Assembly (NCBI GenBank): GCA_030324005.1
Contig: JARDVH010000084.1
Span: forward strand, 38,597,800 to 38,661,799
Direction of reading: 5' to 3'
Length of the DNA stretch: 64,000 bases
DNA from: Negaprion brevirostris
Taxonomy: Eukaryota
Shown: piece by piece, positions 1-12,535 of the stretch
Numbering within the stretch: position 1 is the first letter of the stretch
Layout: each line of letters starts with the position of its first letter
The notes under the pieces: model-generated
The model's input: only the letters and a program-made list of their open reading frames with translations
Told to the model about the DNA's origin: nothing
Database searches by the model: none
Position numbers and translations under genes: made by a program

Positions 1-508
1 TGGAGAAGAGAATTATTAAATGAGTGGAATACCTCAAGTCTAAGTAGAAAGGCAGAAAAAATTCAGACTAATATATTTTGTTCTGGTTTGCTGAACTTGC
101 TGATAAAGTTATTACCATGCTGTGCCTTCATAAATCCACAACCAGCTTCAATAAGCCTTTGATGAAGATTTTAATCTTCAAGCTGTGGAGCACGCAGAAC
201 TTAAAAAGATTTACAGAAAATTTGCAGTCAAGCTGAATGGGACAATGCTCAAGTAAACCACATGAGGGCACCAAAGAGGCAGGGAACTGTCCAAAAGTCT
301 CAAAAGTCCTGACACATCCATCATCTGAACTGCAACAGCAGGTAACAGTGCCGGATGAGCAGCCAATGAAGGAAAATTATCAGATAAAGCTAAAAAAGCA
401 AATGTTCTCACAAACTAATGTGAGTAACCTCAAAAACAATGAGCAGAAGCACAGTTACAGAATGTGAGTTTGAACGATAGCAAGAAAGAACTGTCCTCTG
501 CAAATGCT

Positions 509-733
509 GTAAGAAGTGTCACAACACCAGGATAAAGTCCAACAGGTTTATTTGGTAGCAAATGCTACTAGCTTTCGGGGTTTTGCCCCTTCATCAGGTG
601 ACTCATCTGACAAAGCAGCAAAGCCCCGAAAGTTAGTGGTGTTTGCTACCAAATCAACCTGTTGGACTTTAACCTGGTGTTATGAGACTTCTTAGTGTGT
701 TTACTCCAGTCCAACGCTGGCATCTCCACATCA
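509..733. mobile_element. Palindromic Penelope-derived (inverted pLTR) element with hammerhead-like cores
   Basis: About 511-601 is the imperfect reverse complement of about 602-693. The minus strand at 569-600 reads CACCTGATGAAGGGGCAAAACCCCGAAAGCTA. Same family as 10086-11719. Confidence 0.7.
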
Positions 734-879
734 AAGAAATACTGGTCAGTGTCGAGAATCAATTTTCACATATGAAAGTTATGCTTGATAAATGAAAATG
801 AGAAGTAATGACAACACTGGAATGTCACTCACAGGAAGTAGAATGCCTAAAGAATGCTTAGATTCTAGTTTAACTTATA

Positions 880-1207
880 GGGGCAGCACAGTGCCACAGT
901 GGTTAGCACTGCTGCCTCACAGCACCAGAGACCCAGGTTCAATTCCAGTCTCGGGTCATTGACTGTGCAGGTGTTTGCACATTCTCCTCATGTCTGCGTG
1001 GGTTTCTTTCAGGTGCTATGATTTCCTCCCACACTCCAAAAACGTGTGGGCGAGGTTGATTGGCTGTAGTAAATTGACCCTAGTGTCAGGGGATTAGCAG
1101 GGTAAATATGTGGGGATATGGGAATAGGGCCTGGATGGGATGTTGGTCGGTATGGACTTGATGGGCCAAATGGCCTCATTCTGCACTATAGGGACTCTAT
1201 GATTCTA
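880..1207 (+). mobile_element. HE1-like (V-SINE) tRNA-derived SINE
   Basis: tRNA-like head (cagtggttagcactgctgcctcacagc...ccaggttcaattcc), V-domain (tttgcacattctcc...tctgcgtgggtttc) and CR1-type tail (atgggccaaatggcc...ctatgattcta). Confidence 0.85.
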
Positions 1208-1640
1208 AACAAATTCAATAAAAATGAATGTTCAGTTAAAATTGAATGAATCTCAAGTATCGAAGGTCTCTAGTAAACGATGTACCACCTTGGGAAGAGG
1301 AGAAGGAACTGCTGATAAATCCGAGCAATTGCTTGAAAGCTGACTGACAACCCAACTGATGAACTTCTTGAACTTCTGTGCAATCTGAACAACATGAAAG
1401 ATGAAGTACGCAGCGTGGAAGAGTAAACCCAGGCTTTAAAATCAAATTGTGAATTCTACAGAACAGATTGGAGATCTAATGAATGGTGACCGTGGAAGAA
1501 AGTTTCTGATCAGAACTAACTGCCCAAGCAGAATTGTTAAACTTGGACAAGAGTTCCTCATTTAGCTCTGAAATGAGAACATCCTAGAGTTCTTGCTGGG
1601 TTGCATGAAAAGATTCATAAGTTTGAAGACATTTTTAAAA

Positions 1641-1920
1641 TAGAACATAGAGCCCTACAGTGCAGAAAGAGGCCCTTCGGCCCATCGAGTCTGCACCATC
1701 CACAATCCCACCCAGGCCCTACCCCCATATCCCTACACATTTACCCTCTAACCTANNNNNNNNNNNNNNNNNNNNNNNNNNNNNNNNNNNNNNNNNNNNN
1801 NNNNNNNNNNNNNNNNNNNNNNNNNNNNNNNNNNNNNNNNNNNNNNNNNNNNNNNTTACCCTCTAACCTACACATCCCAGGACACTAAGGGGCAATTTCT
1901 TAGCATGGCCAATCAGCCTA
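1641..1920 (-). mobile_element. HE1-like SINE 3' part (spans gap)
   Basis: Reverse complement of the 3' half of the 880-1207 element. Confidence 0.75.
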
Positions 1921-2705
1921 AGACCAGTTGAAAAAGAAGTTAAAATTGGCTAAAATTGTGAAACAAGTGGAAATGAAGGTTGAAACACGAACTTCTATAT
2001 GATTGCAGAGAGTCACACAGTGAAAGAAGAGGAAAAAGTGCACTGGGAATGAGCACAGCATTCATTCACCCTAAAAAAACAAGATGAGTCAACAGTTACC
2101 TAACACCATAGCTGGAGAATCAACAAAGAATGACTCAATGCCAAGGAATAGAAGAAGAGGATGAAAAAATACTCAGGTGGCACTACAACCTCCAAATCAA
2201 CAATGATTACCTGCAGCTACGGAGCCTACAACACTTCCAACTATCTTGCAAATGAGATGTGCAAGAGGTGTAAGGCCATCAGACTGCCAGAACCTATGAA
2301 CTCAGAGGCTTGAAGGAAGAAGGGTAGTAATAATGATGTAAATATATGTGATAAACTAGAATAATTTGAGATACATTGAATAAAGACTTGGAGGGAGTTT
2401 TGGTATATGAGTCTGGCATATTTAGGATTAATGTGTGACTAAGTACAGCACCACTCACATTGCAATGTAAGAAAACATTTAATATGTACAGAGCTTCACA
2501 TATAAACAAGAATGGAGACAGCTCCTCGCCTGAAGGAGCGAGGAGCTTTATATATGTACACAGGTCTTGTAAAATAATATATACAGTTAATCAATTTAAG
2601 ACTACAAAGATTTCACCAAGATCTACCAAATGGTACCCAACACCCAAAAACAAGACATGAGACTAAACTAAATTGGAGCCTATACCATCTCTAGGGTGAC
2701 AAAAT

Positions 2706-3090
2706 GGCATAGTGCCTCACAGTGCTAGGGACAGTAGTTCAGTTCCGGCCTTGATGACACTCTGTGTGGAGTTTGCATCTTCTGCCCACTTCTGTGTTGG
2801 TTATCAGTTTCCTCTCATAGTCCAGATGTATACAGGTTAGATGGATTAGCCATGCTAAATTTCTCAGGATGTGTGCGTTGGGAGGGTTAGCAGGATAAAT
2901 ATGTGGGATTAATGAGGGGATAGGGCCTGGGTAGGGNNNNNNNNNNNNNNNNNNNNNNNNNNNNNNNNNNNNNNNNNNNNNNNNNNNNNNNNNNNNNNNN
3001 NNNNNNNNNNNNNNNNNNNNNNNNNNNNNNNNNNNNAGGGTCAGTGCTAGTGCGACAGGCCAAATGGCCTTCTGCACTGCAGGGATTATA
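2706..3090 (+). mobile_element. HE1-like SINE (spans gap)
   Basis: Head, V-domain and tail match the other copies. Confidence 0.75.
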
Positions 3091-4849
3091 TACATAGCTT
3101 CAGGCTACAACATACATGTGAGAGCGTATGCTGCCACACATTGAACATCTCAGTGGGGGAGAGTTGGTTCATTTGGCTGGGGACCAATTGTAACAACCTA
3201 ATAAAAGCAACTTGAATTTTTTAACTAGCTTGAAATGTATTTGGGCTAAAGCAAATGCCCTGATATTCACTTTGATTTCTTTACTGTTTATGTTCATAAA
3301 TCAAAAGACCTTATTCATAGTCTGGACTGGACTTAATTGGCCATGTTAAAGCATAAAGCTAGACACACTAATATTGATGGACCCTACATGCACCATACCA
3401 CAAAATTGAACCAACAATTTTTATTTCTGCTGTCCCAATGTAACCCCAATTTCCCAACTTTTTTTTTACACTGGTACTTAATTGCTGAGACACTAAGTAT
3501 TGTTAAAACCTACATTCAATTTGATGAGCAAATACTGCACTATTTGGTGTTTCTGTGATCTCATCCAAGAGACAGCTTTGAACCATTTAGTGGTAAAGAT
3601 TTGCAGCCTATTTTTTGGGAACATCTTCAATTGCATAGCCAGTTTATTTCTGGATGGTAGCTGGAAGAAAATGTTTTCATCTTATCGTTTGCCCACATTC
3701 CTTCTGTGTCTCACTGACCACAAACCTGAATGTCATCTCCCTCCCACTGACTTCACTGTCTATTTTTTCCAGCTGGTTGACTGAATTGTGTTTGTCTAAA
3801 CTGGATGTAAGGAAATAAAAAGTCATCAGATATTTTACTCATCAGGAATAGCTGGGAACTTACCTAAATGTTGCCAATACTTTAATACTTTTGTAGCATC
3901 TTGTCAAATTGCTTGATGTCTGACTGTTGTCCTTATATAGTGATATTGAACAGTATTAACATGTTTATATGTGTTTGATACTAGAATATGAGGACAGACA
4001 GATTAAAATACAAGTTATGTTGTACTTTATTCAGCTGAGAACTAAAGGAGGTAGGGAAGCAAGCATTGTCAAACTGTTAGTACTTATATTAGCCAGCATT
4101 TTCACATGCAGTTTTTCACAAGACACTTTTGATTCATTTGAGGATTTAATTTAATATCATGAATATGATTATGACAAATAGAAATCTATATTATAGATTA
4201 ACATAATAAGTTACATATATAAATGTTATTTCGCTTGACCCTCCAAAATGTAACTGGATTTTTATGGTTTTTCAAAAATGATTCATTGATCTTGCTAAGT
4301 GATGCATATCAGGAGTTCACAAGCTATAAACTATAGGCCACAGGTTCCCCAAATGCTACCCACCTCTCTTCCAACAACTCTCACCCTCCCACCCAGATCT
4401 GGCAAACCAATCTTGATAGCATTATTTATATTTCTTATTGGTCCTGTAAACTTTTAATCTAGATGTTCACAAAAGCTGTTCTCATCAGTGCCATTAATAG
4501 ATAAATCTTAAATTAGAACACCAAAATCTGTCTTCACTAGCAATGCGAGATATATGCGTCAAAGAGAGAACCTGCTTTACACATTATGACTGGAACTATT
4601 CTCTGAGGTGGACTTATAGTGGACTGAACTTCCATCAATCCCTCAGATTCCACTGCAAATGCAATACATTCCCATGGGACATGGTTCCTTACTGATGGAT
4701 ACCAAGGTCCAGGCATTATTCCTGTCATTGTGTGGAAACCACTTAGTACAGAAAAGAGAAATGCTGATGTCATTGCAGAAAGAGAGTTTGCCATTAATCT
4801 TAAAAGGTGAGAAGTATCCTAAAGATACTAAAGCTATTTTTGAACAGTA

Positions 4850-4985
4850 AAGGAATTAAGGTTTACGGTGAGAGGACGGGTAAGTGGAGCTGAGTCCACA
4901 AAAAGACCAGCCATGATCTCATTGAATGGCACAGCAGGCTCGAAGGGCCAGATGGCTTACTCCTGCTTTTAGTTCTTACATTCTT
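4850..4985 (+). mobile_element. CR1 LINE 3' terminal fragment
   Basis: Tail gatctcattgaatggcacagcaggctcgaagggccagatggcttactcctgct...ttcttacattctta is shared with 6878-6950, 29300-29390, 44870-44945 and 52890-52950. Confidence 0.65.
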
Positions 4986-5302
4986 AGATGAGGCAAATGT
5001 CACACTAAAGGCCTGAGCTGAGACTGAGATCTTCAATAGATTGTATGATAGGGGCCAGACTGGAGGAAAAGGAGGCCACAATTGGGAGACTGGTAGCAGA
5101 AAATCATTAGTAATGGAGGAGAAAAACTGAAAACCTGGTCAGTGCACTGACCATCTTCACACTTTCTCTCATTCTCCAGTGAAATCACATCCAATTTCAT
5201 GTGAAATCACAGCACAGGATTCAGCCGAGGTGTGACCACCACTGATAACCAGTACAGCAAGAACAATAGCGACTTGTATTAATATGCTAGGTTTGACATA
5301 GA

Positions 5303-5612
5303 GCGGCATGGTGGCACAATGGGTAGCACTGCTGCCTCACAACACCAGGGATCCAGATTCAATTCCAGCCTCAGTCACTGTGTGGAATTTGTACTTTCTC
5401 CCCATGTCTGTGTGGATTTCCTTCAGGTGCTCCACAGTCCAAAGATGTGTGGGTTAGGCTGATTGGCCACGCTGAATTGACCTTAGTGTCCGGGGGATTA
5501 GCAGGGTAAATGTGTGGGATCACCAGAATAGGACCTGGGTGGGATTGTGGTCAGTACAGCTTTGATGGGCTGAATGGCCTCCTTCTGTACGTACAGGTTC
5601 TACGATTCTATG
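5303..5612 (+). mobile_element. HE1-like SINE
   Basis: Full head, V-domain and tail as in 880-1207. Confidence 0.85.
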
Positions 5613-8224
5613 AATGTAACAAGACATTTCATTGCGGTGTCTAGAAAATTGAAATCAAACCAATGGAGAGACAAAGATTAGGAGGAGTGGATGAAAACTT
5701 GGTTAGGAGAGGTGAGTTATAACAAGGCTTTTTAAAGACAAGAAGGGTAACGGAACACTGGGGTTCAAGAAGAAAATTGCGTAGGACCATACTTCTAAAA
5801 ACAACTCTGACTTTGCTGGGGTTCTTTTGGTGTTAACATCAGAGCAGCAAAATGTGTGTTAATCTCGTCTTTCCTTTCAAAATGAGTTCTAATTTCTAAT
5901 AAGCCAAAGATCAGTTATGGAAGTACTTTGTTTTTAGTTGACAATTTATTTCTTCTTGGCTGTCTAATGTAAGGGACCCCGAGCACCCTAAGGGACCTGA
6001 ATTGCAGAAGCACCCATTTACACTGATATCGAGAGTTCCTCATTAGACATTGCAGTCTGGAGATGTATTCTGTTGTGTAATAGTTGTGCTTACACAACGT
6101 CTCTAACATTGTTGTGAAATGGTACCACATGGGATTAAAACTAAAGATAAATTTCGAAGGTACCTTCAAGGAGAAAACTTATTGCTTCTGATATTTAAAA
6201 GAGCAGCGTTTTATAAAGGTATTCACTGGAGAAGCTACACTTGTCCCCCATACCCTTTTTATCATTTCTGAGATGTTGTAAACTACTGAAAAATACATTA
6301 CCATTTAAGCCTTCCTAATAATAACTATTGCTATTATGCTCATCACTTTGAGCACTATTACTTCAAACCGAGGCATAATCCGACTGACAGTTGCATAAGC
6401 AAGTCGCAGCGCCTGGCTTCTGAGTGGTGAGATCGAGGTCAAAATCATTTGGGTCTTTATGTATAGGGAGGGATATGATGCGTGTTCAGAACCGAGTGCT
6501 CTTTTAGTGATTTCTGATGCATCTAAGCTAAATGTTCCTAAAATAATACGTTTGTCATTCATCCGGGAGCGGCTGAACAGTGGAAACCATCTCCAACAAG
6601 TTGTTACAAATATGGAGGGATTCTTGGACTCACTGATCAATAGATTTTCAGCTAGTCATTTGGATAACGGCTGTAGTCCAAAGGNNNNNNNNNNNNNNNN
6701 NNNNNNNNNNNNNNNNNNNNNNNNNNNNNNNNNNNNNNNNNNNNNNNNNNNNNNNNNNNNNNNNNNNNNNNNNNNNNNNNNNNNNNNNNNNNNNNNNNNN
6801 NNNNNNNNNNNNNNNNNNNNNNNNNNNNNNNNNNNNNNNNNNNNNNNNNNNNNNNNNNNNNNNNNNNNNNNNNNNNNCTTATTGAATGGCGGGGCAGGCT
6901 CAAAGGGCTAGATGGCCGACTCCTGCTCCTATTTCTTATGTTCTTATGTTCTCTAAAATAAAGCATAAAATTAGTACGTGCACTTTTGATGATAAAATGG
7001 AAATAGAATAGATATACAAGCATTATTTGCATGAACTTGGGCTCTGAGTGAACTAGAGACACTTTAGAAACAATTATCTCAAAATGCATGAAAAGAAAAT
7101 GCAGCCATTGCCACCATCAAAATCAAAGGTGGCACAAGGTTTATGGACTAGTATCACCGGTTTCCATGTCGATATAAACTACCAACCTCCCAGCTACCTA
7201 GCGGTGACCTGACCAAGGTAAGTGAACCTTGTTCCTGATGAATAAAACGCGACCATGGGGGCTCGCCTGGCTCTCTCCATTGGTATAGAACAAGAGCGTA
7301 CAGCCTGAGTGCTGAAAGTAGCAGTGCAATATTTTGTGTAGACAATCAGACCGGCATCCATGCTTGCTTGTGTCAGGTGCAATGCACAGGTTTTAAAGCA
7401 ATCTAGTTATTGTGGACGCTTACCGCAGATCTCCGTTGGAAAGTTTTGATCAATGCAAGTAACTGGTTGAATCCCTTCTCCAATAAACTCATTGAATGCA
7501 CAACTCATTTAGTCAGCTCTGCAGCAGTTGATATCATTGGAGAAGAGGGATGACGAGCAGACATCTATACCTTATTGAACTTGTACGAAAGTCACTGCCA
7601 TGGTGGTGAAAATAAAGGTTTGGTGAGCGGGGAGAGGCTGTCGCTAGATTTTGCTTTTAAGGAAATGCTGACCACTTTGACTTCTCGTGCCTTTTCTTGT
7701 CCCCTCAATATTATGGACAAATTTTGCGTGTCTTCCTTTGACTTCCCCCACCCCGCCGAAGTCTGAATCCAGTAGACTGTCTCAAACACCCTTCCCTCTT
7801 GTTAGTCTGATCATCTGGAATGCCGAAAAGTATGCTCCAAACCTTCCCTACAGCAAACCCCTGTCCGAAACCCCGCCAGACCCAAATGATAATCTCAATG
7901 GGAAGTTAATCCCTGTCAGAATTCTCGCCGCTTCACCGTTTGCCTCAGGTTCCATATTAATGTTCTTGCTGTTAATTTCGTTTGTACTTGAAACTCGTAC
8001 TTTGCGTCACTTCAACCCGGTGTTCGAGGCATCAACATTAAAAAATGGCAGGCTAACTCCAAAGGAGGTTTGCTGTCAAAGTACATTGAGTGGCTGACAC
8101 TGCCTTCAATTAACTATCGCAAATAACGTCAAGTTCACTGTAAGACACAAATGCAGTGTAAAAATATATTTTAAAAGGCGATTGGATTGTCTATTTAACA
8201 AGATGGCAACTTCTACAGATTAAG

Positions 8225-8385
8225 TATATCTTTCTCTGCACCTTAGCTATGACTAACACTACATTCTGCACTCTCTCCTTTCCTTCTCTTTGAACGGTAT
8301 GCTTTGTCTGTATAGCGTGCAAGAAACAATACTTTCCACTGCATACTAATACGTGACAAAAATGAATCAAATCAAATAAAACAAA
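8225..8385 (+). mobile_element. Rex1/Babar LINE 3' UTR fragment
   Basis: Matches the 3' end of the 32550-34578 element (agctatgact...ctacattct...ggtatgct...tgtatagc...gaatcaaatcaaat). Confidence 0.7.
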
Positions 8386-10085
8386 TTTGAAACAATTTAA
8401 ATGCTGGGATGATTTAGCCAACTCTGTTTCTCCCTGCGTTTTTCTAACATTAGGAATTCGTTGCCCGAGAGACGAAGCTGTAAACATGTGTCCAATTTGT
8501 AATGTGTAAGTAATGTCAAAGACCACAGCTGAGTTCTCAAGTTCACGGATTCTGATTTTTAACTCCGGCCCTGAATCTGGATTCAGGGTCTAGTTCTACT
8601 GATTCTGCAGTATGAGTGTACTCCTCACGCACACTGATGCACCAGCGCGTGTGCTCTCCCACTGCTACCTAACCTTGTTAGTTTGATTTGATTTATTATT
8701 GTCATGTGCATTGGTATATATGTTTAGTATACATTGGTACACATGGTTAGTGTGCTCAATCTCACTGCCGTGCTTTGTGCTTTATCTTTCTTATTCATAT
8801 TTTAGTTGAGGTTCTTTTTCCCCTCACCTGTCGCAGTATTGCTCTTTAATTTAAAATGCACAGAAAGAAAAGTTGAAAAGAACCTGTTTTTCCGAAGTGA
8901 AACTCAGCTGGTAAGGAAGCGATATGTCACTCATCTAAAAAATTGTATTTGTATGAAATATTTACCTGGGGCAACAACATTAAGCCATCAAACGTTTCCA
9001 ATTTTATAAGAATTTGAAGATTTGGGAATGTGCTTGCGTAAGGAAGCCTGTCAAAGTGTCTGTCGGTGTGAGCAGAACAGCAAACATGGTCAATAATACC
9101 AGCTGCAGATGGCGATCAGTGATACAAAAGCCTAGGTCAGACATCCTGAGCGTTCCTGGCTCCACAGCCACTTGAGGTGAAACCAGAACTGAGAGCAGTT
9201 GCTGAGCCATAGGAACCTGCAGTGTAACGCTCCGAGTTCTGTCTCTTCACAGAGCGGGACGAATGTTCCCAACACTCATCAATCAACCGCGTTATAAATG
9301 GTCTGTGACTGGGCGCGTTGTTTATCAATAAACTGTACATAACGACGATTGAAAAAAAAGATTCTGTAAAGTTTGGCCTTTTTACATGTCGCCGATTACT
9401 TTTTTTATTTGATCGAGTTTAACAATAAGATTGTAACCCATCCAATTGAAGACCAAGCGTGCAAACAAACAACCCACAAGGAAAACATGTGTATGATTTT
9501 TACTCAATCTGTGTTTGATATCTGGATAAAACAAAAGTGTAAAATTTTACTTAACATATATGTTGTCAGATTGATCGAGACTTTCGGAAACTGGGAGTGA
9601 AGTATATTTTTAATACTGGTTCATGAAATGAAAGTACTATAAACACGTTCCAGGGATGAATGAAAAAGGAAGTTCACTCATGTACCATGTGTGTAGTTCC
9701 TTGGGACATTTGTTTCCAGACCAACTGCGTTATTTTTAATATGCTTTTAGCAGGTTTATGTCAGTTTCTTTCATTACCCCGGAGGGTGAGTTGTGCCATT
9801 CCGAGAATGTAAACTTAAGTAAACTCGCATCTTGTGTCGACATTACATTCAAATGCTTTATTTTTTACATTCTACATGTTGTTACGCTTAATTATATATA
9901 AAAACTATTCTAGAACCTGAAATCTGGATACTACCAGACGTACTGTCCTTCACATCGATTCGTCATATAGGGTTAACATTTAAACAGTTGAGTGTAACTC
10001 CAGACAAAGCAGTTTAAAGTGCTAAAACCGCCGTGCACATTAACAGATTTCCCCTTCTGAAGATCGTCCTGGGGCTTTTTTTATG

Positions 10086-11719
10086 GTAAAAAGTCTGACA
10101 ACACCAGGTTTAAGTCCAACCGATTTATTTGATAGTAAACTCACAAGCTTTCGGGGTTTGNNNNNNNNNNNNNNNNNNNNNNNNNNNNNNNNNNNNNNNN
10201 NNNNNNNNNNNNNNNNNNNNNNNNNNNNNNNNNNNNNNNNNNNNNNNNNNNNNNNNNNNNATCATCTCTCCCTTGCCTGTAACAATATCTAGGAGAAATT
10301 GCACCATATCAAATCTCAATGATATCACAAATCAACCTGAAGTATGTGGTTGGGTTTAATTACCAGTCATCAGTCCACCTGCAATCCATTTATTCATTTT
10401 TTTACTCGTTCCTAGAACACCACTGAAAGTGTTCTTGGTATCAAATTCTACAGAAAGTAGAGATAGCGGAAGTAGAAACAAAAAAATTACTGGGACATGG
10501 CAGTTGAAGTGAAGATTAGAGAAAACGAATCAATGAACTAGCAATGAAACAATGAGGAAAATGTAAATGTTATTGAATAAATATAGCTCCAAAGATGAAA
10601 AAGCCAATGTTGTTTTACCACTAGCATGTATAATACTAATTTTCCAGCAAGATAAAAAATATGTAACTAAAATCCTTAATCACACTGAAGAAAGACACAT
10701 GGGAAGATGTGAGAAATGGAAATGCCACATGTGTTTCTTTAAAATTTAGGATAATCCTGCATTCAATCCACAGTTTTTATGACCTGTGATTGTTCGAGAC
10801 TGACCCTTGAGGCCATTTTTAATATTTTGGTCCATTGAGTGCCTGGGGGCAGGGAAGCCGGGAGCAAGCAACAAACACAGTTAAGGTTTTCCACAGCAGT
10901 GGACTTTTAAATCCACAGTGTGCATGTGATGCCACTGACAGGTTCTCAGCCTGGAAATCAACCTGACTGACAGGCTTGGTTTCCAGTTGCCAGGGAATGC
11001 TGGGGAAGAGGCCATATTATTAGGTAGGCCCAAGCTCCAACTTCAGGGTGAGGGCTCTGTTTTTGAGGAGTGTGGTCAAATTTTGGTGCTTAAGTAGACA
11101 GGTGGTGAAGGTTGGAGCTGGAGCCTAGCCTTAATTTGCTTATAAAGCTTTCATTTACAGAGACTCACACTATATAATGTACACCTCATTCCAACAATCA
11201 GATTTTTATTCTGCCCTTAAATACATGAGCATGAATGAAACCCCAATGAATTACAGCCAGATATAATTAAGCACCTGACTAATATTTATTTCACAGACCC
11301 AATGTCTGAGTAAGGGAGGAAGGCAATAATTGAAGGTGGGGGCCAGAGGCCTTAGGTCAAATCAAAGGTCTGAATAGAGAGATTTTGGATGGGTTTGGTG
11401 GGTGGTGGATGTTGTTCCAAAGGCAGGTGAGAGAGGTACACTGGATTCAATAGATAAGAGAAAAACCCATGGATCCAGAAGTGCACAATTTCCTTTTAGC
11501 TGTTGGGCTTCCAGAAGCTGGAACTAATTGGCAATAGTTAAATTTGAAGTGGACTGTGCTTCATATGCTCTGAGGCCAGAACTCGCCATTCACCTGACGA
11601 AGGGACAAACCCCGAAAGCTTGTGAGTTTACTATCAAATAAATCAGTTGGACTTAAACCTGGTGTTGTCAGACTTTTCACTGTGTTTACCCCAGTCCTAC
11701 GCCGGCATATCCACATCAT
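10086..11719. mobile_element. Non-autonomous Penelope-derived element with inverted termini, hammerhead motif and 13-bp target-site duplication
   Basis: About 10089-10160 is the reverse complement of about 11606-11677. The direct repeat GGCTTTTTTTATG occurs at 10073-10085 and 11720-11732. No credible internal ORF. Confidence 0.75.
11589..11626 (+). ncRNA. Candidate minimal type I hammerhead ribozyme motif (Penelope-type)
   Basis: UUCAC-CUGACGA-A-GGG-acaaac-CCC-GAAA-GC-UU-GUGAG: stem I UUCAC/GUGAG, CUGANGA and GAAA cores, and a palindromic AAGCUU in place of stem III. Activity is inferred, not shown. Confidence 0.55.
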
Positions 11720-12535
11720 GGCTTTTTTTATGTACAGGTCGATATAAAGTCCTGCCCTTGGTCTACTTGATCTACATCACCAAGACACTATACAAATGCA
11801 AGCTGATGGTATTGTAAACTTTATGATGGTTCCGGGGAATTCATTTTACATAGCTCAAAGTAATCTCTGAGCGTTTGAAACAATGATACGTTTGTACTAA
11901 CCAGGTGTCAGAAAACAAAGGCAGCCTCGTTCTTCCATGTAATTAGAAAATAACAATTGTCACCAACTAGACAATAGTATTTCGACCTGTGCCTCATTCC
12001 ATTAGTGGCTGCCGCTCCTGCTGCTGTGTAAACTCTTTCCAATTAATTCTGGAGAGCAAACTCCAGAGTTTAACGAGAATGAACAATACACGGAAGGTAT
12101 GGTGGCTTAAACGTAGCATTCAAACACACTGCACTCAAAGGGAACGAGTTTCGAATGAATCCGCCAATATTATCTGCCAGTCGTGTTGGCATTGCTTTTA
12201 AATAACTTAAGAAAGTTATGCAACTCTTCACTTTTTGTTACCTTCCTTTCCCCGTTCCTTCGTTCCTTTTCTTAGTTTCGGATGGATCCAGGTTCAATTT
12301 GTAAACTCGCGTACGGAGCTGTACAAGAAGCTGTTTACTCCTTGCCTCCATTGCACGGGGCTTGAGAAATGTTAGCTCTGTGCAACAAAAAAATTGAAAT
12401 GCTCTGCTAATTTTCATTTCAATGCGAATTTAACTCTTTAAGGAGCAAAACAGATTGCCACATACTTAAAAGTCATGCATTTGTGGACATGCTTCCAAAA
12501 AAAAGACTATTTCCTTCACCGTAAAAAATCCAATA

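Larger units (their letters stand above)
1..2660 (+). mobile_element. Highly degenerate Gypsy-type LTR retrotransposon remnant interrupted by SINE and Penelope-type insertions
   Basis: Broken gag-like reading near 140-210. An integrase-tail-like stretch ends near 2298, followed by purine-rich PPT-like tracts (2310-2325, 2389-2397) and an LTR-like segment from about 2401. No intact ORF; family assigned from recalled similarity only. Confidence 0.4.

Noticed and set aside
880-950. tRNA genes suggested by A/B-box heads
   Set aside because: They are SINE heads attached to V-domains and LINE-derived tails, and no complete cloverleaf is evident.
1741-1870. Direct repeats flanking 100-N gaps (also 28163-28308 and 41134-41305)
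   Set aside because: Identical or near-identical sequence on both sides of fixed-length gaps indicates unmerged contig overlaps, not biological duplication.
6305-8097. ORFs of 111-150 aa in the CpG-richer region
   Set aside because: No recognisable domains, two are inflated by N gaps, and they overlap in conflicting frames.
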